Assembly (NCBI GenBank): GCA_947627755.1
Contig: CANQXD010000006.1
Span: 1-45,735 of the forward strand
Reading direction: 5' to 3'
Length of the DNA stretch: 45,735 nt
From: an uncultured Clostridia bacterium
Lineage (GTDB): Bacteria > Bacillota > Clostridia > TANB77 > CAG-508
The notes under the pieces are model-generated. The model made no database searches. It saw only the letters and a program-made list of their open reading frames with translations, and was not told the DNA's origin. Position 1 is the stretch's first letter. The number at the start of each line of letters is the position of its first letter. The position numbers and the translations under genes were made by a program. Below are positions 9,070 through 19,924 of the stretch, piece after piece.

Positions 9070-11184
9070 ATGATAAATACATATATATACAAATTTAATA
9101 AATATAAAAAATTAGAAAATAAAGGAATTACCCTAATTTCATTAGTTATTACCATCATTGTGTTAATCATTTTAGCAGGGGTTAGCATTAGTTTCTTATT
9201 AGCAGATAATGGCTTATTAAACAAAGCACAGAGTACAAAAAAGACTCAAGATGTAGCAAGTTTGCATGAAGCACTAGAATTAGAAAAAACACCAATACAG
9301 TTAGAAAATCAAGGAATGGTAAATTTAGAAGATTATTTAAAACAAATAGAAGCTGGGAAGAAAACATATACATTAAATTCAGTAGAAAAGTTAGATGATG
9401 AAAATGCAGTGATAGTAGTAAATGACGAGTATAAGTTTTTGGTAAAGGATAAGAAAAATGGAGATGTAGAAATTATCTATGAAGGAAAAGCAAAAACAGG
9501 AGCCTTAACCTTATCAGAAACTAGTAAAACGTATACCTATCCAACACCTGGAACATTTGAAGTAATAAAAAATGAAACAAATGGAGTTTTGACAGTAACA
9601 TCAAAAAATGAAGAAATAGCAACGGCAAGCATAGAAGGAACAACAGTAACAGTAACACCAGGAACAATGTCGGGAGAAGCAGAAATAGTAGTAAAATCAG
9701 CAGCAAATGGAGATTATGCCGAAAATAGAGCAATCCACACTGCAAAGGTATTAAATGGAGAAATTACAATAGAAGCAACCCCATATACCGGAAACTATGA
9801 TGGAGAAGAACATGATGCCGTAACAAATGTGCGAGTAAATCCAGAAAATGCAGATATAACATACAAGTTAAACGACGGACAAGAAAGTACAGATGTACCA
9901 AAAGTAACAGGAGCAAATGAATATACAATATCCATAACAGCGAGAAAAGAAGGATATACAACAAAGACTCAAACCATTACAGTAACAATAGGAAAACAAA
10001 AAGACACATCAGGAAACTTAACATTATCAGAAACAAGTGGAATAGTAACTTACCCAACAGTAGGAACATTTACAGTAACAAATAATAAAAGTGGTGGAAA
10101 ATTAAGTGTAACATCATCAAATACAGACATAGCAACAGCAAGTATTGATTCAAAAACATCAACAATAACAATAACCCCACAAGCAATTACAGAAGATGAT
10201 CAAAAAGTAACAATTACCGTAAAAAGTGCAGCAACAAATGATTATGAAGAGCAAACGACAACTTATGCAGCAACAATAAAACAAGGAACAATGACAATAT
10301 CAGCAAAAGAATATTCGGGAACTTATGATACAAAGGCACATGCAGCAGTATCAGAAGTATCAACAAGTCCAACAGGAGGAAGCATAACATATAAATTAGA
10401 TGGTGTATCGAAAGGCTCGACAGTACCACAAATAACCGATGCAGGAAATTATAACATAACAATTTATGCGACTTTAGCTGGATATAAACCAGCAACAGAG
10501 ACAAAAACAGCATCAATTAGTAAAGCAACAGGATATGTAACATTGTCATCATCAAGTGGAACATGTAAAATAGGAGAAAATACAACCATTACAGTAGCAA
10601 GTCATTCAGGAACATTATCAGTTTCATCATCAAGTACAGGAGTAGCAACAGTAACTTTAAATGGAACAAATGTAACAATTACTGGAAAATCAAAAGGAAA
10701 TACAACTATTACCGTAAAAAGTGCTGCAACTACAAACTATACTGAAGCAAGTGCAAATTATTCAATAAACGTAACTGGAGGAACCCCAATCTATTATGTT
10801 AAAGATGGTATAGTTCAAAACAATTTTGTTGCAACTTGTATTGCTACTGATAGCTATTCTTGGGACTTAGACGAAGTATTTACATTTAATAAAGGTGCAA
10901 ATACAAATAACACTTACCTAGGTTGTGGTGATAGTGAAGAAGAAATGTTTGCTAGATGGAAAATAAACTTAAACACAGGAGGATGTAAATATGTGGACAT
11001 TTCTGTAGAAGTAGATAGAGGCGAGGTATATAATGATGTAGATAGTCTATATTCTTCTAATCATGGTACTTATACTGATACTCTTGAAGTAAGCGGTTCG
11101 AATTTTATTTTAACTTTAGAATGCAACGGAGTCATAACACATCCGGGCTATGTTAAAATTAAAACACTATATTTCCATGATTAG
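9070..11184 (+). CDS. Type IV pilin-leader protein with Ig/MBG-like repeats (putative adhesin)
   Basis: KG|ITLISLVITIIVLIILAGVSI class III signal-like N-terminus; A-B-A-B-A Thr-rich repeats (LTLSETS..YPT.GTF..VKSAA and Y.G.YD...H.AV). Confidence 0.8.
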   Translation: MINTYIYKFNKYKKLENKGITLISLVITIIVLIILAGVSISFLLADNGLLNKAQSTKKTQDVASLHEALELEKTPIQLENQGMVNLEDYLKQIEAGKKTYTLNSVEKLDDENAVIVVNDEYKFLVKDKKNGDVEIIYEGKAKTGALTLSETSKTYTYPTPGTFEVIKNETNGVLTVTSKNEEIATASIEGTTVTVTPGTMSGEAEIVVKSAANGDYAENRAIHTAKVLNGEITIEATPYTGNYDGEEHDAVTNVRVNPENADITYKLNDGQESTDVPKVTGANEYTISITARKEGYTTKTQTITVTIGKQKDTSGNLTLSETSGIVTYPTVGTFTVTNNKSGGKLSVTSSNTDIATASIDSKTSTITITPQAITEDDQKVTITVKSAATNDYEEQTTTYAATIKQGTMTISAKEYSGTYDTKAHAAVSEVSTSPTGGSITYKLDGVSKGSTVPQITDAGNYNITIYATLAGYKPATETKTASISKATGYVTLSSSSGTCKIGENTTITVASHSGTLSVSSSSTGVATVTLNGTNVTITGKSKGNTTITVKSAATTNYTEASANYSINVTGGTPIYYVKDGIVQNNFVATCIATDSYSWDLDEVFTFNKGANTNNTYLGCGDSEEEMFARWKINLNTGGCKYVDISVEVDRGEVYNDVDSLYSSNHGTYTDTLEVSGSNFILTLECNGVITHPGYVKIKTLYFHD

Positions 11185-11230
11185 TAGGGTTTTATATAAA
11201 AAACTATAAAAATACGAATATATCAATGTG

Positions 11231-11284
11231 AAATGAACTTAAATTATTAAACAAACGAGTTTAATAATTTGAGTTCATTTTTTT
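11231..11284 (+). terminator. Intrinsic terminator
   Basis: AAATGAACTTAAATTATTAAA / TTTAATAATTTGAGTTCATTT plus T run. Confidence 0.65.
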
Positions 11285-11569
11285 ATCTATATGTAAAAAA
11301 GCATAGTATAAGCAAAATATAAGTGCTAATAAATTTTTTATATTTTTATTAACATCTACTTTTTACATAAAAAATTATGACTATCCTATTGCGATTTTTT
11401 TCTATGCGTGATAATATGAAAAAAGAAGTAATAAAAAATATAGTAAAATAAAAAGAACTGACTAAATTTTACAAATTTAGCACAAGAAATTTGATAAAAT
11501 AATAAGTACCAAAAATAAAATAATAAAACAAATAGATAATTAAAATAAAACAAAGAATAGGAGAAAGGA

Positions 11570-12478
11570 ATGGAAGAAAAATTTAAATCTGGATTTGTAT
11601 CTATGATAGGAAGAACAAACGTAGGAAAATCAACAATTATCAATGGCTTAGTAGGAGAAAAAGTAGCAGCAGTAGCAAACAAAGTGCAAACAACAAGAAC
11701 TGCCATCAAAGCAATTGTAAATAGAGAACATTCCCAAATAATATTTATTGATACACCGGGAATTCATAAGCCAAAATCAAAATTAAGTGAAACCATGTTA
11801 GATACTGCATTTACTTTCATTCATGATGTTGATTTAGTGCTTTTTGTTATAGATGCAACATCAAAGGAAATAGGCAGAGGAGATAGTAGAATCTTAGAAA
11901 AAATAAAAGAAGAAAAAAGAAAAACAATTCTAGTATTGAATAAAATTGATAAAGTAACTCAAAAAGAAGAACTACTTAAACTTATTGACTTATACCAAAA
12001 AGAATATAATTTTACTGCAGTAGTACCAATTTCAGCAACCAAAAAAGAAAATTTAGAAGTTTTATTAGACGAAATAGAGAAAAACCTAAAAGAAGGACCT
12101 GCTTATTACGATATAGACGAATACACTGACCAAACTACAAGACAATTAGTAGAAGAGATTATTCGTGAAAAAGCATTAAAATTATTAGAAGATGAAGTGC
12201 CACACGGAATTTATGTAGAAACAGAAAAAGTAAAAACACGAAAAACCAAAGAAAAGCAGGAAATATATGACATAGACGCTACTATTTATTGCATAAGGGA
12301 ATCTCATAAAGGCATAATAATTGGAAAAGGTGGAAGCATGCTAAAAAAAATTGGAACTTATGCAAGAGAAGACTTAGAAGAAATGTTAGGTACAAAAGTC
12401 AATTTAAAAATTTGGGTAAAAGTAAAAGAAGATTGGCTAAATAATGATGCAATTGTAAAAAAATTTAAATTGCAATAA
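11570..12478 (+). CDS. era: GTPase Era
   Basis: GRTNVGKST, DTPG, NKID, KH motif IIIGKGGSMLKKIG. Confidence 0.97.
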   Translation: MEEKFKSGFVSMIGRTNVGKSTIINGLVGEKVAAVANKVQTTRTAIKAIVNREHSQIIFIDTPGIHKPKSKLSETMLDTAFTFIHDVDLVLFVIDATSKEIGRGDSRILEKIKEEKRKTILVLNKIDKVTQKEELLKLIDLYQKEYNFTAVVPISATKKENLEVLLDEIEKNLKEGPAYYDIDEYTDQTTRQLVEEIIREKALKLLEDEVPHGIYVETEKVKTRKTKEKQEIYDIDATIYCIRESHKGIIIGKGGSMLKKIGTYAREDLEEMLGTKVNLKIWVKVKEDWLNNDAIVKKFKLQ

Positions 12479-12593
12479 AAAAATTAAAAATATTATTTTG
12501 TGTTGTTAAACAATGCAAAAACCATAACTTTCCAAGTATAAAATAAGAAAAACGGCAAAAGATAAAAACAAAAGGAAAAGGAGAGAAAAGCGT

Positions 12594-12764
12594 ATGATAA
12601 AACAATTAGCATGGAATGCATTTAAAAATACAGGGGACATCAACTCTTATTTAGAATTTGTGGAAGTAGAAAATATGGAAAAAGAAATGGAAAAAAATTT
12701 ACTTATCACAGAAGAAAAGAAAAAACCAAATTTAGGAGAAAATATAGGGATTGATACAAAATAG
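12594..12764 (+). CDS. yqzL: YqzL family protein (56 aa, missing from the ORF track)
   Basis: MIKQLAWNAFKNTGDINSYLEF matches the W..F..TG.I..YL motif; canonical era-yqzL-recO position; AGGAG RBS. Confidence 0.85.
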   Translation: MIKQLAWNAFKNTGDINSYLEFVEVENMEKEMEKNLLITEEKKKPNLGENIGIDTK

Positions 12765-12836
12765 AAATAAAATGATATAATACTAAAGAATATGAAATAA
12801 GTTTTATAATCAACATGAAACAAAATGGAGTAAAAC

Positions 12837-13547
12837 ATGGGAACAATAAAAACGAAGGGAATAGTAATTGCAGAAAACAATATGGGTGATTTCGATAAAA
12901 TGATTACCCTTTTAACCCCAAACGGAAAAATTGGATGCTCTGCCAGAGGTGCAAGAAGACCAAAAAGTCAGCTAATGGCAGGCACTCAATTTTTGTGCTT
13001 TGGGGATTATATGCTATTTAAGAGTTCAAGCACTTATACTTTAAACTCTTGTGAAACTATAGAAATATTCTATTCACTTCGTACCGATTTAGATAAACTA
13101 GAGTATGCTTCTCATATTACAAAAATAGTACAAGATGTTACTTATGAAAATCAAAATACATACAAAATATTACAGTTATACTTAAATACTCTGTATGTTA
13201 TTTCAGAAACGGATATGGACTTAGAATTTGTACTTTCAGTTTTCAAATTACGTCTGTTATGCCTATTAGGATTTACTCCAAAAGTAGAAAAATGTGTTTC
13301 TTGCAACGAAGAAAACATACAATATTTCAGTATAAAAGATAATGGCTTCAAATGTAACAATTGTGCAAAGCAAGATACAGGTGCAATTCAAATATCAGAA
13401 TCTACAAAAAAAGCCATTCAATATATAGTAATGGCACCAGCAAAAAAAATATATTCTTTTCAAATTTCAGAAGAAAACAAAAAACAATTAGCAATGATAA
13501 GTAAATTATATATGGATGTAAAATTAGAAAAAGAATACAAAATGTAA
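12837..13547 (+). CDS. recO: DNA repair protein RecO
   Basis: GDFDKMITLLT, ARGARRPKS, CxxC...CxxC zinc finger; synteny. Confidence 0.95.
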   Translation: MGTIKTKGIVIAENNMGDFDKMITLLTPNGKIGCSARGARRPKSQLMAGTQFLCFGDYMLFKSSSTYTLNSCETIEIFYSLRTDLDKLEYASHITKIVQDVTYENQNTYKILQLYLNTLYVISETDMDLEFVLSVFKLRLLCLLGFTPKVEKCVSCNEENIQYFSIKDNGFKCNNCAKQDTGAIQISESTKKAIQYIVMAPAKKIYSFQISEENKKQLAMISKLYMDVKLEKEYKM

Positions 13548-13682
13548 AAACTATTAGTTAGCAAAAATAATAGTTTTTATTTTTTGCTATTTTATCAGGT
13601 GAAACATTACTTAATATTTTGAAAAAATCTTGTAATCTAACTCTAACTATGATATAGTAAATGGAAAGTAGGAGGCAAAACT

Positions 13683-14930
13683 ATGTGGGGAGATATAGCA
13701 ATTGCATTTTTATTAGCATTTATTACATCCTTTGTATTAACACCATATACCATAAAAATTGCAAAAAAAATAGGAGCAGTTGATATACCAAATGATGAAA
13801 GACGTATACATAAAAAAGCTATGCCAAAATTTGGTGGTCCTGCTATTATGATTGCATTTTTATTATCTACCATATATTTAATAATAACATCTTCTATTGA
13901 AGGAAATTTAAATTTATTTGGACCAGAAAACTATAGCACAAAATTACTTGGTTTTTTAGGAGGAATGGCTGTTTTAGGAATCTTTTGCTTTTTTGACGAT
14001 ATAAAAGGAATACATCCTCTTACAAAATTAACAGGGCAAACCATAGCAGCAGGAATAGTTGTTGCTAGTGGAATTAGAATAGATAATTTTGCTATTCCTT
14101 TTTTAGAAGAACATGTAATGTTAAATATTAGTAATATATTTTCTATTATATTAACCATGTTTTGGATTGTAGGAATTACAAATGCCATTAACCTAATAGA
14201 TGGATTAGATGGTTTATCTAGTGGAATTGCAATTATTTCATGTATATCATTACTAATTATATTTGCATTAAACGCTTCACCACTAATTGCTATTATTATG
14301 ATTACAGCACTAGCAGGAGCCTTAACAGGATTTTTACCATTCAACTTTAATCCAGCAAAAACCTTCATTGGAGATATGGGGTCTAACTTCATAGGTTATA
14401 CATTAGCAGTAGTATCCATATTAGGAATTGCAAAAACAGCAACAGCCTTTGTTGTAGTACTTCCCATTTTCGTATTAGGACTTCCTATATTTGATACACT
14501 ATCTGCTATAGTAAGAAGACTCATCAAAGGAAAATCCTTAAAAGCAGTAATTCAAGCAGATAAAAATCATTTACATCATAAACTAATAGAAAAAGGGTTT
14601 TCACAAAAAGAAGCGGTACTATTATTATATGGAATTAGCGTAGCGTGTGGAATGTTTGCAATTATCTTATTTGAAAGTGATTTATGGAAAGCCATTTCAT
14701 TTGCCTTAATGGTAGTAGCAGTGGTTTGCATAGGATATAAAGAATTCTTTAAAATGAAAGAAGGTGAAAAAGGTATGTATAAATGTTTAGCCTGTGGATA
14801 TGTATATGATCCAGAAATAGGAGATCCAGATAGCGGAATAGCACCTGGAACAAAATTTGAAGATATTCCAGAAGATTGGGTTTGCCCACTATGTGGAGTA
14901 GGAAAAGATATGTTTGAAAAAATAGACTAA
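13683..14930 (+). CDS. tagO: WecA/TagO (MraY family) undecaprenyl-phosphate GlcNAc-1-P transferase fused to a C-terminal rubredoxin domain
   Basis: [41 protein letters not shown]; then [12 protein letters not shown]...[10 protein letters not shown] with no intervening stop. Confidence 0.88.
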   Translation: MWGDIAIAFLLAFITSFVLTPYTIKIAKKIGAVDIPNDERRIHKKAMPKFGGPAIMIAFLLSTIYLIITSSIEGNLNLFGPENYSTKLLGFLGGMAVLGIFCFFDDIKGIHPLTKLTGQTIAAGIVVASGIRIDNFAIPFLEEHVMLNISNIFSIILTMFWIVGITNAINLIDGLDGLSSGIAIISCISLLIIFALNASPLIAIIMITALAGALTGFLPFNFNPAKTFIGDMGSNFIGYTLAVVSILGIAKTATAFVVVLPIFVLGLPIFDTLSAIVRRLIKGKSLKAVIQADKNHLHHKLIEKGFSQKEAVLLLYGISVACGMFAIILFESDLWKAISFALMVVAVVCIGYKEFFKMKEGEKGMYKCLACGYVYDPEIGDPDSGIAPGTKFEDIPEDWVCPLCGVGKDMFEKID

Positions 14931-14939
14931 CGAACAGGA

Positions 14940-14986
14940 GGGACGCCCCTTTTCGTTCCAAAATGGAACGCTGGGGACACCCTTTT
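14940..14986. repeat. GGGAC direct repeats flanking a hairpin (REP-like)
   Basis: GGGACGCCCCTTTT - CGTTCCA AAA TGGAACG - GGGGACACCCTTTT. Confidence 0.5.
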
Positions 14987-15073
14987 ATTTTTTTAAAATA
15001 AAAAATTTGATAGAGAATAAAAAATATGTTATAATACCTATTATTCTAAAGGAAAAAGCAAAGGGAGAAAAAC

Positions 15074-15955
15074 ATGGATAAAATACAAAAATTTTTAGCC
15101 TATAATGGAAAAATAAACATTACAGCTGTAGAAACTACAGAACTAGTAGAAAAAGCAAGAAAAGTACACGACTTAAGCCCAGTAGCAACAGCAACACTTG
15201 GAAGATGCTTAAGCATGGGAGCGTTAATGGCAAGTAATTTAAAACAAGAAGAAGATAGTATTACACTTCAAATAAAAGGAAATGGTCCAATAGGAGGAAT
15301 TACAGTTACAGCAGACGGAAAAGGACGAACAAGAGGATATGTAGAAAATCCACAAGTAGATGTTCCTTTAAGAAAAGACGGAAAGCTAAATGTAGGAGAG
15401 GCAGTAGGAAAAGATGGCTTCTTATATGTAATAAGAGATATTGGATTAAAAGATCCATATATAGGAATGTCAAAATTAGTTTCAGGAGAAATAGCAGAAG
15501 ACTTTGCAAACTATTATTACACATCAGAACAAAAAAACACAGCAGTAGCATTAGGAGTTCTAGTAAATAAAGATGGCGTAAAAAAAGCAGGAGGCTTCAT
15601 AGTATCTAGCATGCCAGACGCTACTGAAGACGAACTATTCATCTTAGAAAATCGTTTGCAAGAAGCAAAGCCAATCTCACAAATGTTAGAAGAAAATATG
15701 AGTTTGCTAGAAATTGCACAAGACATCACAGGAGATAGCAATATAAAAATACTAGAGCAAGAAGAAAGTGTGCCAAAATACGAATGCAACTGTAGTAAAG
15801 AAAAAATGGAAAACGCTTTAAAATCAATAGGAAAAAAAGAACTACAGAAAATTATAGAAGAAGATAAAAAAGCAGAAGTAGTTTGCCACTTTTGCAATAA
15901 AAAATATATGTTTAACGAAGAAGAACTAAAATGTCTCATTGGGGACGTTTCCTAA
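15074..15955 (+). CDS. hslO: Hsp33 redox-regulated chaperone
   Basis: SGEIAEDFANYY.TSEQ; zinc motif CNCS...CHFC. Confidence 0.95.
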   Translation: MDKIQKFLAYNGKINITAVETTELVEKARKVHDLSPVATATLGRCLSMGALMASNLKQEEDSITLQIKGNGPIGGITVTADGKGRTRGYVENPQVDVPLRKDGKLNVGEAVGKDGFLYVIRDIGLKDPYIGMSKLVSGEIAEDFANYYYTSEQKNTAVALGVLVNKDGVKKAGGFIVSSMPDATEDELFILENRLQEAKPISQMLEENMSLLEIAQDITGDSNIKILEQEESVPKYECNCSKEKMENALKSIGKKELQKIIEEDKKAEVVCHFCNKKYMFNEEELKCLIGDVS

Positions 15956-16014
15956 AGAGACATTGGGGTACCATTGGGGACGTTTCCTTTTGGTATATCT
16001 GTCCCTTTTGGTAT
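15932..16014. repeat. CATTGGGGACGTTTCCT repeat cluster overlapping the hslO 3' end
   Basis: Copies at 15937-15953 and 15972-15988, partial at 15961; CCTTTTGGTAT occurs twice. Confidence 0.6.
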
Positions 16015-16059
16015 CTTTTATTGCAAAGATTAAAATTTATGTACATAATAGGAGGAAAA

Positions 16060-16617
16060 ATGGAATTAATAGTAGGACTTGGAAATCCGGAAGCAGACTA
16101 TAGTAAAACAAGACACAATATGGGTTTTAATGTTATAAATGAATTAGCACAAAAATATAGCATTGAAGTAAATAAGAAAAAGTTTGATAGTCTATATGGA
16201 GAAGGCATTATAGAAGGAAAAAAAGTAATTTTGCTTAAGCCACAAACTTATATGAATTTAAGCGGAGATGCTATTATTCAAGTTGTTCGTTTTTACAAAA
16301 TTCCAATTGAAAATATATATGTAATATATGACGATATGGACATTGATCCAGGGCAAATAAAAATCAGAAAAAAAGGTGGAGCAGGCTCTCACAATGGTAT
16401 GAAATCTGTAGTAAGTAACTTGCAAACTGAAGAATTTGCAAGAATTCGTGTAGGAATTGGAACACCAAAAAATAAGCAAGATGCTATTTTATATGTAATA
16501 GGTGCTATTCCAGAAGATGAAATAGAAATGCTAAATAATGGAGTAAAAAAAGCAACAGAAGCAATGGTTTCAATATTAAAAGATGGAATTGATAAAGCAA
16601 TGAACACATTTAACTAA
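16060..16617 (+). CDS. pth: Peptidyl-tRNA hydrolase
   Basis: LIVGLGNP, TRHNMGF, KPQTYMNLSG, GGAGSHNG; ATG 16060 behind GGAGG. Confidence 0.97.
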   Translation: MELIVGLGNPEADYSKTRHNMGFNVINELAQKYSIEVNKKKFDSLYGEGIIEGKKVILLKPQTYMNLSGDAIIQVVRFYKIPIENIYVIYDDMDIDPGQIKIRKKGGAGSHNGMKSVVSNLQTEEFARIRVGIGTPKNKQDAILYVIGAIPEDEIEMLNNGVKKATEAMVSILKDGIDKAMNTFN

Positions 16618-16656
16618 AAAAATAATTTTGAAATTATTATATGAGGAGAAATATAC

Positions 16657-17854
16657 ATGAAAGAATTAGTCATCATTCAAAAGCAAGAAGAAAAAGAAAT
16701 TGCTTATATAGAAGATGGTGTTTTAAAAGAATATTATACGGAAAAAGAAGATAAAAAACGTTTAGAAGGCAATATTTATATAGGAAAAGTAACAGATGTA
16801 TTATCAGGAATGCAAGCTGCTTTTGTAGATATTGGTCAAGAGAAAAAAGCATTTTTACATATTCGAGATGTACTACCAAAAAAGAGCAATATAACAGGAA
16901 ATAAAAAGGAAGATTTAGAAAAATATAATATAAAAGACTATATTAAGCCAAATCAAATGGTTTTGGTACAAGTAAAAAAGGATAGTAACAATAGCAAAGG
17001 GGCAAGAGTAAGCACAAACATTCAAATAGCAGGAAGATTTGTAGTTGTGCTTCCAGAAAATGATTTTATTACAATTTCACAAAAAATAGAAGATGAAGAA
17101 GAAAAAAACAGACTAATAACAATTATAAATAAAGTAAAAAAAGATAAGAAAGTAGGCATTATTATTCGTACAGCAGCAGAAAAGAAAGAAGCAAATTTAA
17201 TACAAAAAGATTTACAAAATGCAATGCAAAAATTAGAAAATTTACAAAATGAATTTGAAAAACAAAAAGAAAAAAAAGAGCCTATCATATTACAACAAAC
17301 AGATACTATCTTAGAAAGAATTTTATTGGATTTAGCAGATAATGGTTTAGACAGAATTTTAGTAAATACTAAAAAATTACAAGACGAAATAAAGAAAATT
17401 TTAATAGCATTGCAAGAAGAAGTAGTAATACCAATAAAGCTAGAAAAAGAAAATTTAGAAAATAAATATGATATAGAAACTCAAGTTCAAAAATTACAAA
17501 ACAGAAAAATTTGGCTAAAATGTGGAGGCTTTATTACTATAGATAAAACAGAAGCGCTAACTGCAATTGATGTAAACTCACGGAAAATTTACAGGTAAAG
17601 AAAACTTAGAAAAAACAGTATTAAAAGTAAACAAAGAAGCTAGCATAGAAATAGCAAGGCAATTAAGACTTCGTGACATTGGTGGAATTATTATTATAGA
17701 CTATATTGATATGCAAGAAGAAAAAAGCAAAGAAGAAGTAATAAAAACATTAAAAGAAAGCTTAAAAGAAGATAGAGCAAAAACGCAAATTATGCAATTT
17801 ACAAAATTAAACTTATTAGAAATGACAAGAAAGCATATATTTAGTGAAGAATAG
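16657..17854 (+). CDS. rng: Ribonuclease E/G family protein; needs a +1 shift at CGGA 17581
   Basis: GNIYIGKV..V..GMQAAFVDIG S1 domain; TEALTAIDVNS then, skipping C17581, GKFTG...EIARQLRLRDIGGIIIIDYIDM...LLEMTRK, stop at 17852-17854. Confidence 0.88.
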
Positions 17855-17925
17855 AGCCTGTTTTTAAGTATGTTTTTTGGGACGGAGGAAAAAACAGGTA
17901 AAAAAGGAAAGATTTTGATATAAAA

Positions 17926-17960
17926 GCAAAAAGGACGGACATTTTGTCCATCCTTTTTGC
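17926..17960. terminator. Bidirectional terminator between rng and the acyl-CoA synthetase
   Basis: GCAAAAAGGACGGAC / GTCCATCCTTTTTGC. Confidence 0.65.
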
Positions 17961-18010
17961 TGACTATTATTTTACTTCTTACATCTCTTAAATCATTATA
18001 AAAAAATAGT

Positions 18011-19741
18011 TTATCCTAAAATTTTCTTTAATTCTTCATGCCTTTTAATTTTTTGCGTAGTTGTCTTAATTAAAGGCTCATCTGTAACAAGAATTTCACG
18101 AATGTATTTGTAAGCAGGCATTGACTTATTTACCATAGTTTTAATATCTTGCCAAATAAGTGAATGATAATCTTCTTGTTTCTTAGAAGGATATTTTTCT
18201 TTCATAATATCTTTATTATAAACAATTTTAGCACATAAAATATAATCATCATCCTTTGGATCTTTTTTTCCAAATACCATACTTTCTTCCACATAAGGAA
18301 GTTTGTTAATCAAAATTTCTAGTTCTTCTGGATAAATATTCTTTCCATTTTTTAATACAATTACATCTTTTTTGCGACCAGTAATAAATAGAAAGCCGTC
18401 TTTATCAAAATAACCTAAATCGCCAGTGTAGAACCATCCATCTTTTAAGACTTCCTTAGTAGCTTCTTCATTTTCATAGTAACCAAGCATAACAGTTGGT
18501 GCTTTTGCTTTAATTTCACCAATTCCTTCTTTATTTGGAGAATCAATTGCAATATCAATACCAGGAAGAGGGAATCCGACAGAGCCAAGTTTTTTATATT
18601 TGTCATTTTCGCCTGCTAAAACAGGAGAAGTTTCCGTTAAGCCATAGCCTTGCATTAAATTGATACCTAAATTTAGAAAACCATGGATTGCATCCTTACT
18701 CATTTGGGCTCCTCCTGCAATGAGAATACGTAAATTTGGTGCGAAATTATCTAAGACAGGTTTCATTACCTTTCTTCGAATATCGATGCCAAATTTTAAA
18801 AGAAAATTGCAAAAAGAAGATAGTATTTTAATCAAGGTATATTTCTTTTGCTCTTTTAAGGCTTTTTCTATTTTTTTATACATAATTTCAAGCATTAAAG
18901 GAACGCAAACAAAACCAGTAACATGGTATTCCTTTAAATTATTTGCTACGTGTCGAATGCCATCACAAAATGCTACAGTAATACCACTATAAGTGCCATA
19001 TAAAAAGGTACAGGTCGATTCAAAAGTGTGGTGAAGCGGTAAGAAGGATAAGAAAACATCTTCTTTACGAATATCTGTCATTTGAGAAAGGCTATAAATA
19101 TCAGCACAAATATTAGCTTGAGATAGACTAACAGCTTTGGAAATAGAGGTTGTCCCAGAAGTAAATAGCATAATTGACATAGCATTATTATCAATTTCTA
19201 CTTCATTATAGCGAGTATCTCCATTTTCTAATTTATTCTTTCCGTTTTCTAATAATTCACTATATTTTAAAAACGCAGAATTTGGCGTATCGTCCATGCA
19301 AATATAATAATTTAAATTAGACTTGCCTTCTTTTCTAAGTTTTATAAATGTTTCTTGGTATTGTTTATCAAAAATAACAGCATCTGCTTTACTTCGAATA
19401 ATTAAACTTTCAAGCTCATTACTAGGGAGAGATTTATCAAGAGGAACGGCGATTATGTTTGAAGTAGTAATACCCAAATAAGAAACGCACCATTCATAAC
19501 GATTTGGACTAATAATGGCAACGCGTTTTTTAGTTAGTCCTAAATCTATTAAACTAGTTGCCAAACTTTTTATATCACAAACAAATTCACGATAGGTTCT
19601 ATTGATATATTCTTTGGACTTAGGCTCTAATTTATAAGTGAAAGCAATTTTATCAGCATACTTTGCTTCATAACGTTCTACTAATTCTCTAAAATTATAA
19701 ATTTCATCTGCTTCATATAATTTTCTTTTTGAATCTTCCAA
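18011..19741 (-). CDS. Long-chain fatty acyl-CoA synthetase (AMP-binding), paralog 1
   Basis: FTSGTTSISK, LPLHH, QGYGLTETSP, TGDLG, GKNIYPEELE; TTG start at 19741 behind GAGGGG. Confidence 0.92.
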   Translation of the reverse strand: MEDSKRKLYEADEIYNFRELVERYEAKYADKIAFTYKLEPKSKEYINRTYREFVCDIKSLATSLIDLGLTKKRVAIISPNRYEWCVSYLGITTSNIIAVPLDKSLPSNELESLIIRSKADAVIFDKQYQETFIKLRKEGKSNLNYYICMDDTPNSAFLKYSELLENGKNKLENGDTRYNEVEIDNNAMSIMLFTSGTTSISKAVSLSQANICADIYSLSQMTDIRKEDVFLSFLPLHHTFESTCTFLYGTYSGITVAFCDGIRHVANNLKEYHVTGFVCVPLMLEIMYKKIEKALKEQKKYTLIKILSSFCNFLLKFGIDIRRKVMKPVLDNFAPNLRILIAGGAQMSKDAIHGFLNLGINLMQGYGLTETSPVLAGENDKYKKLGSVGFPLPGIDIAIDSPNKEGIGEIKAKAPTVMLGYYENEEATKEVLKDGWFYTGDLGYFDKDGFLFITGRKKDVIVLKNGKNIYPEELEILINKLPYVEESMVFGKKDPKDDDYILCAKIVYNKDIMKEKYPSKKQEDYHSLIWQDIKTMVNKSMPAYKYIREILVTDEPLIKTTTQKIKRHEELKKILG

Positions 19742-19924
19742 AATAAACCCCTCTTTTCTTATTTTATTCACTTATTATATCTTATTTTAAGGAAAATGGC
19801 AAGAATGAAAAATGTCGAGTTTTGTAAGAAAGTTATAAGATATTTTAAATGGAAAATATTTACAAATAGGAAATAAGATTATATAATTATGTTTACTAAA
19901 ACAATAATAAAAAATGAGGTAAGT

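Noticed and set aside
15932-16014. CRISPR array at the CATTGGGGACGTTTCCT repeats
   Set aside because: Only two full 17-nt copies, no unique spacers of CRISPR length, and no cas genes.
15931-16059. N-terminal extension of Pth given in the ORF track
   Set aside because: It is translated repeat DNA; the GGAGG RBS and family start support ATG 16060. Similar over-extensions were trimmed for lemA, rbr, pflA and both acyl-CoA synthetases.
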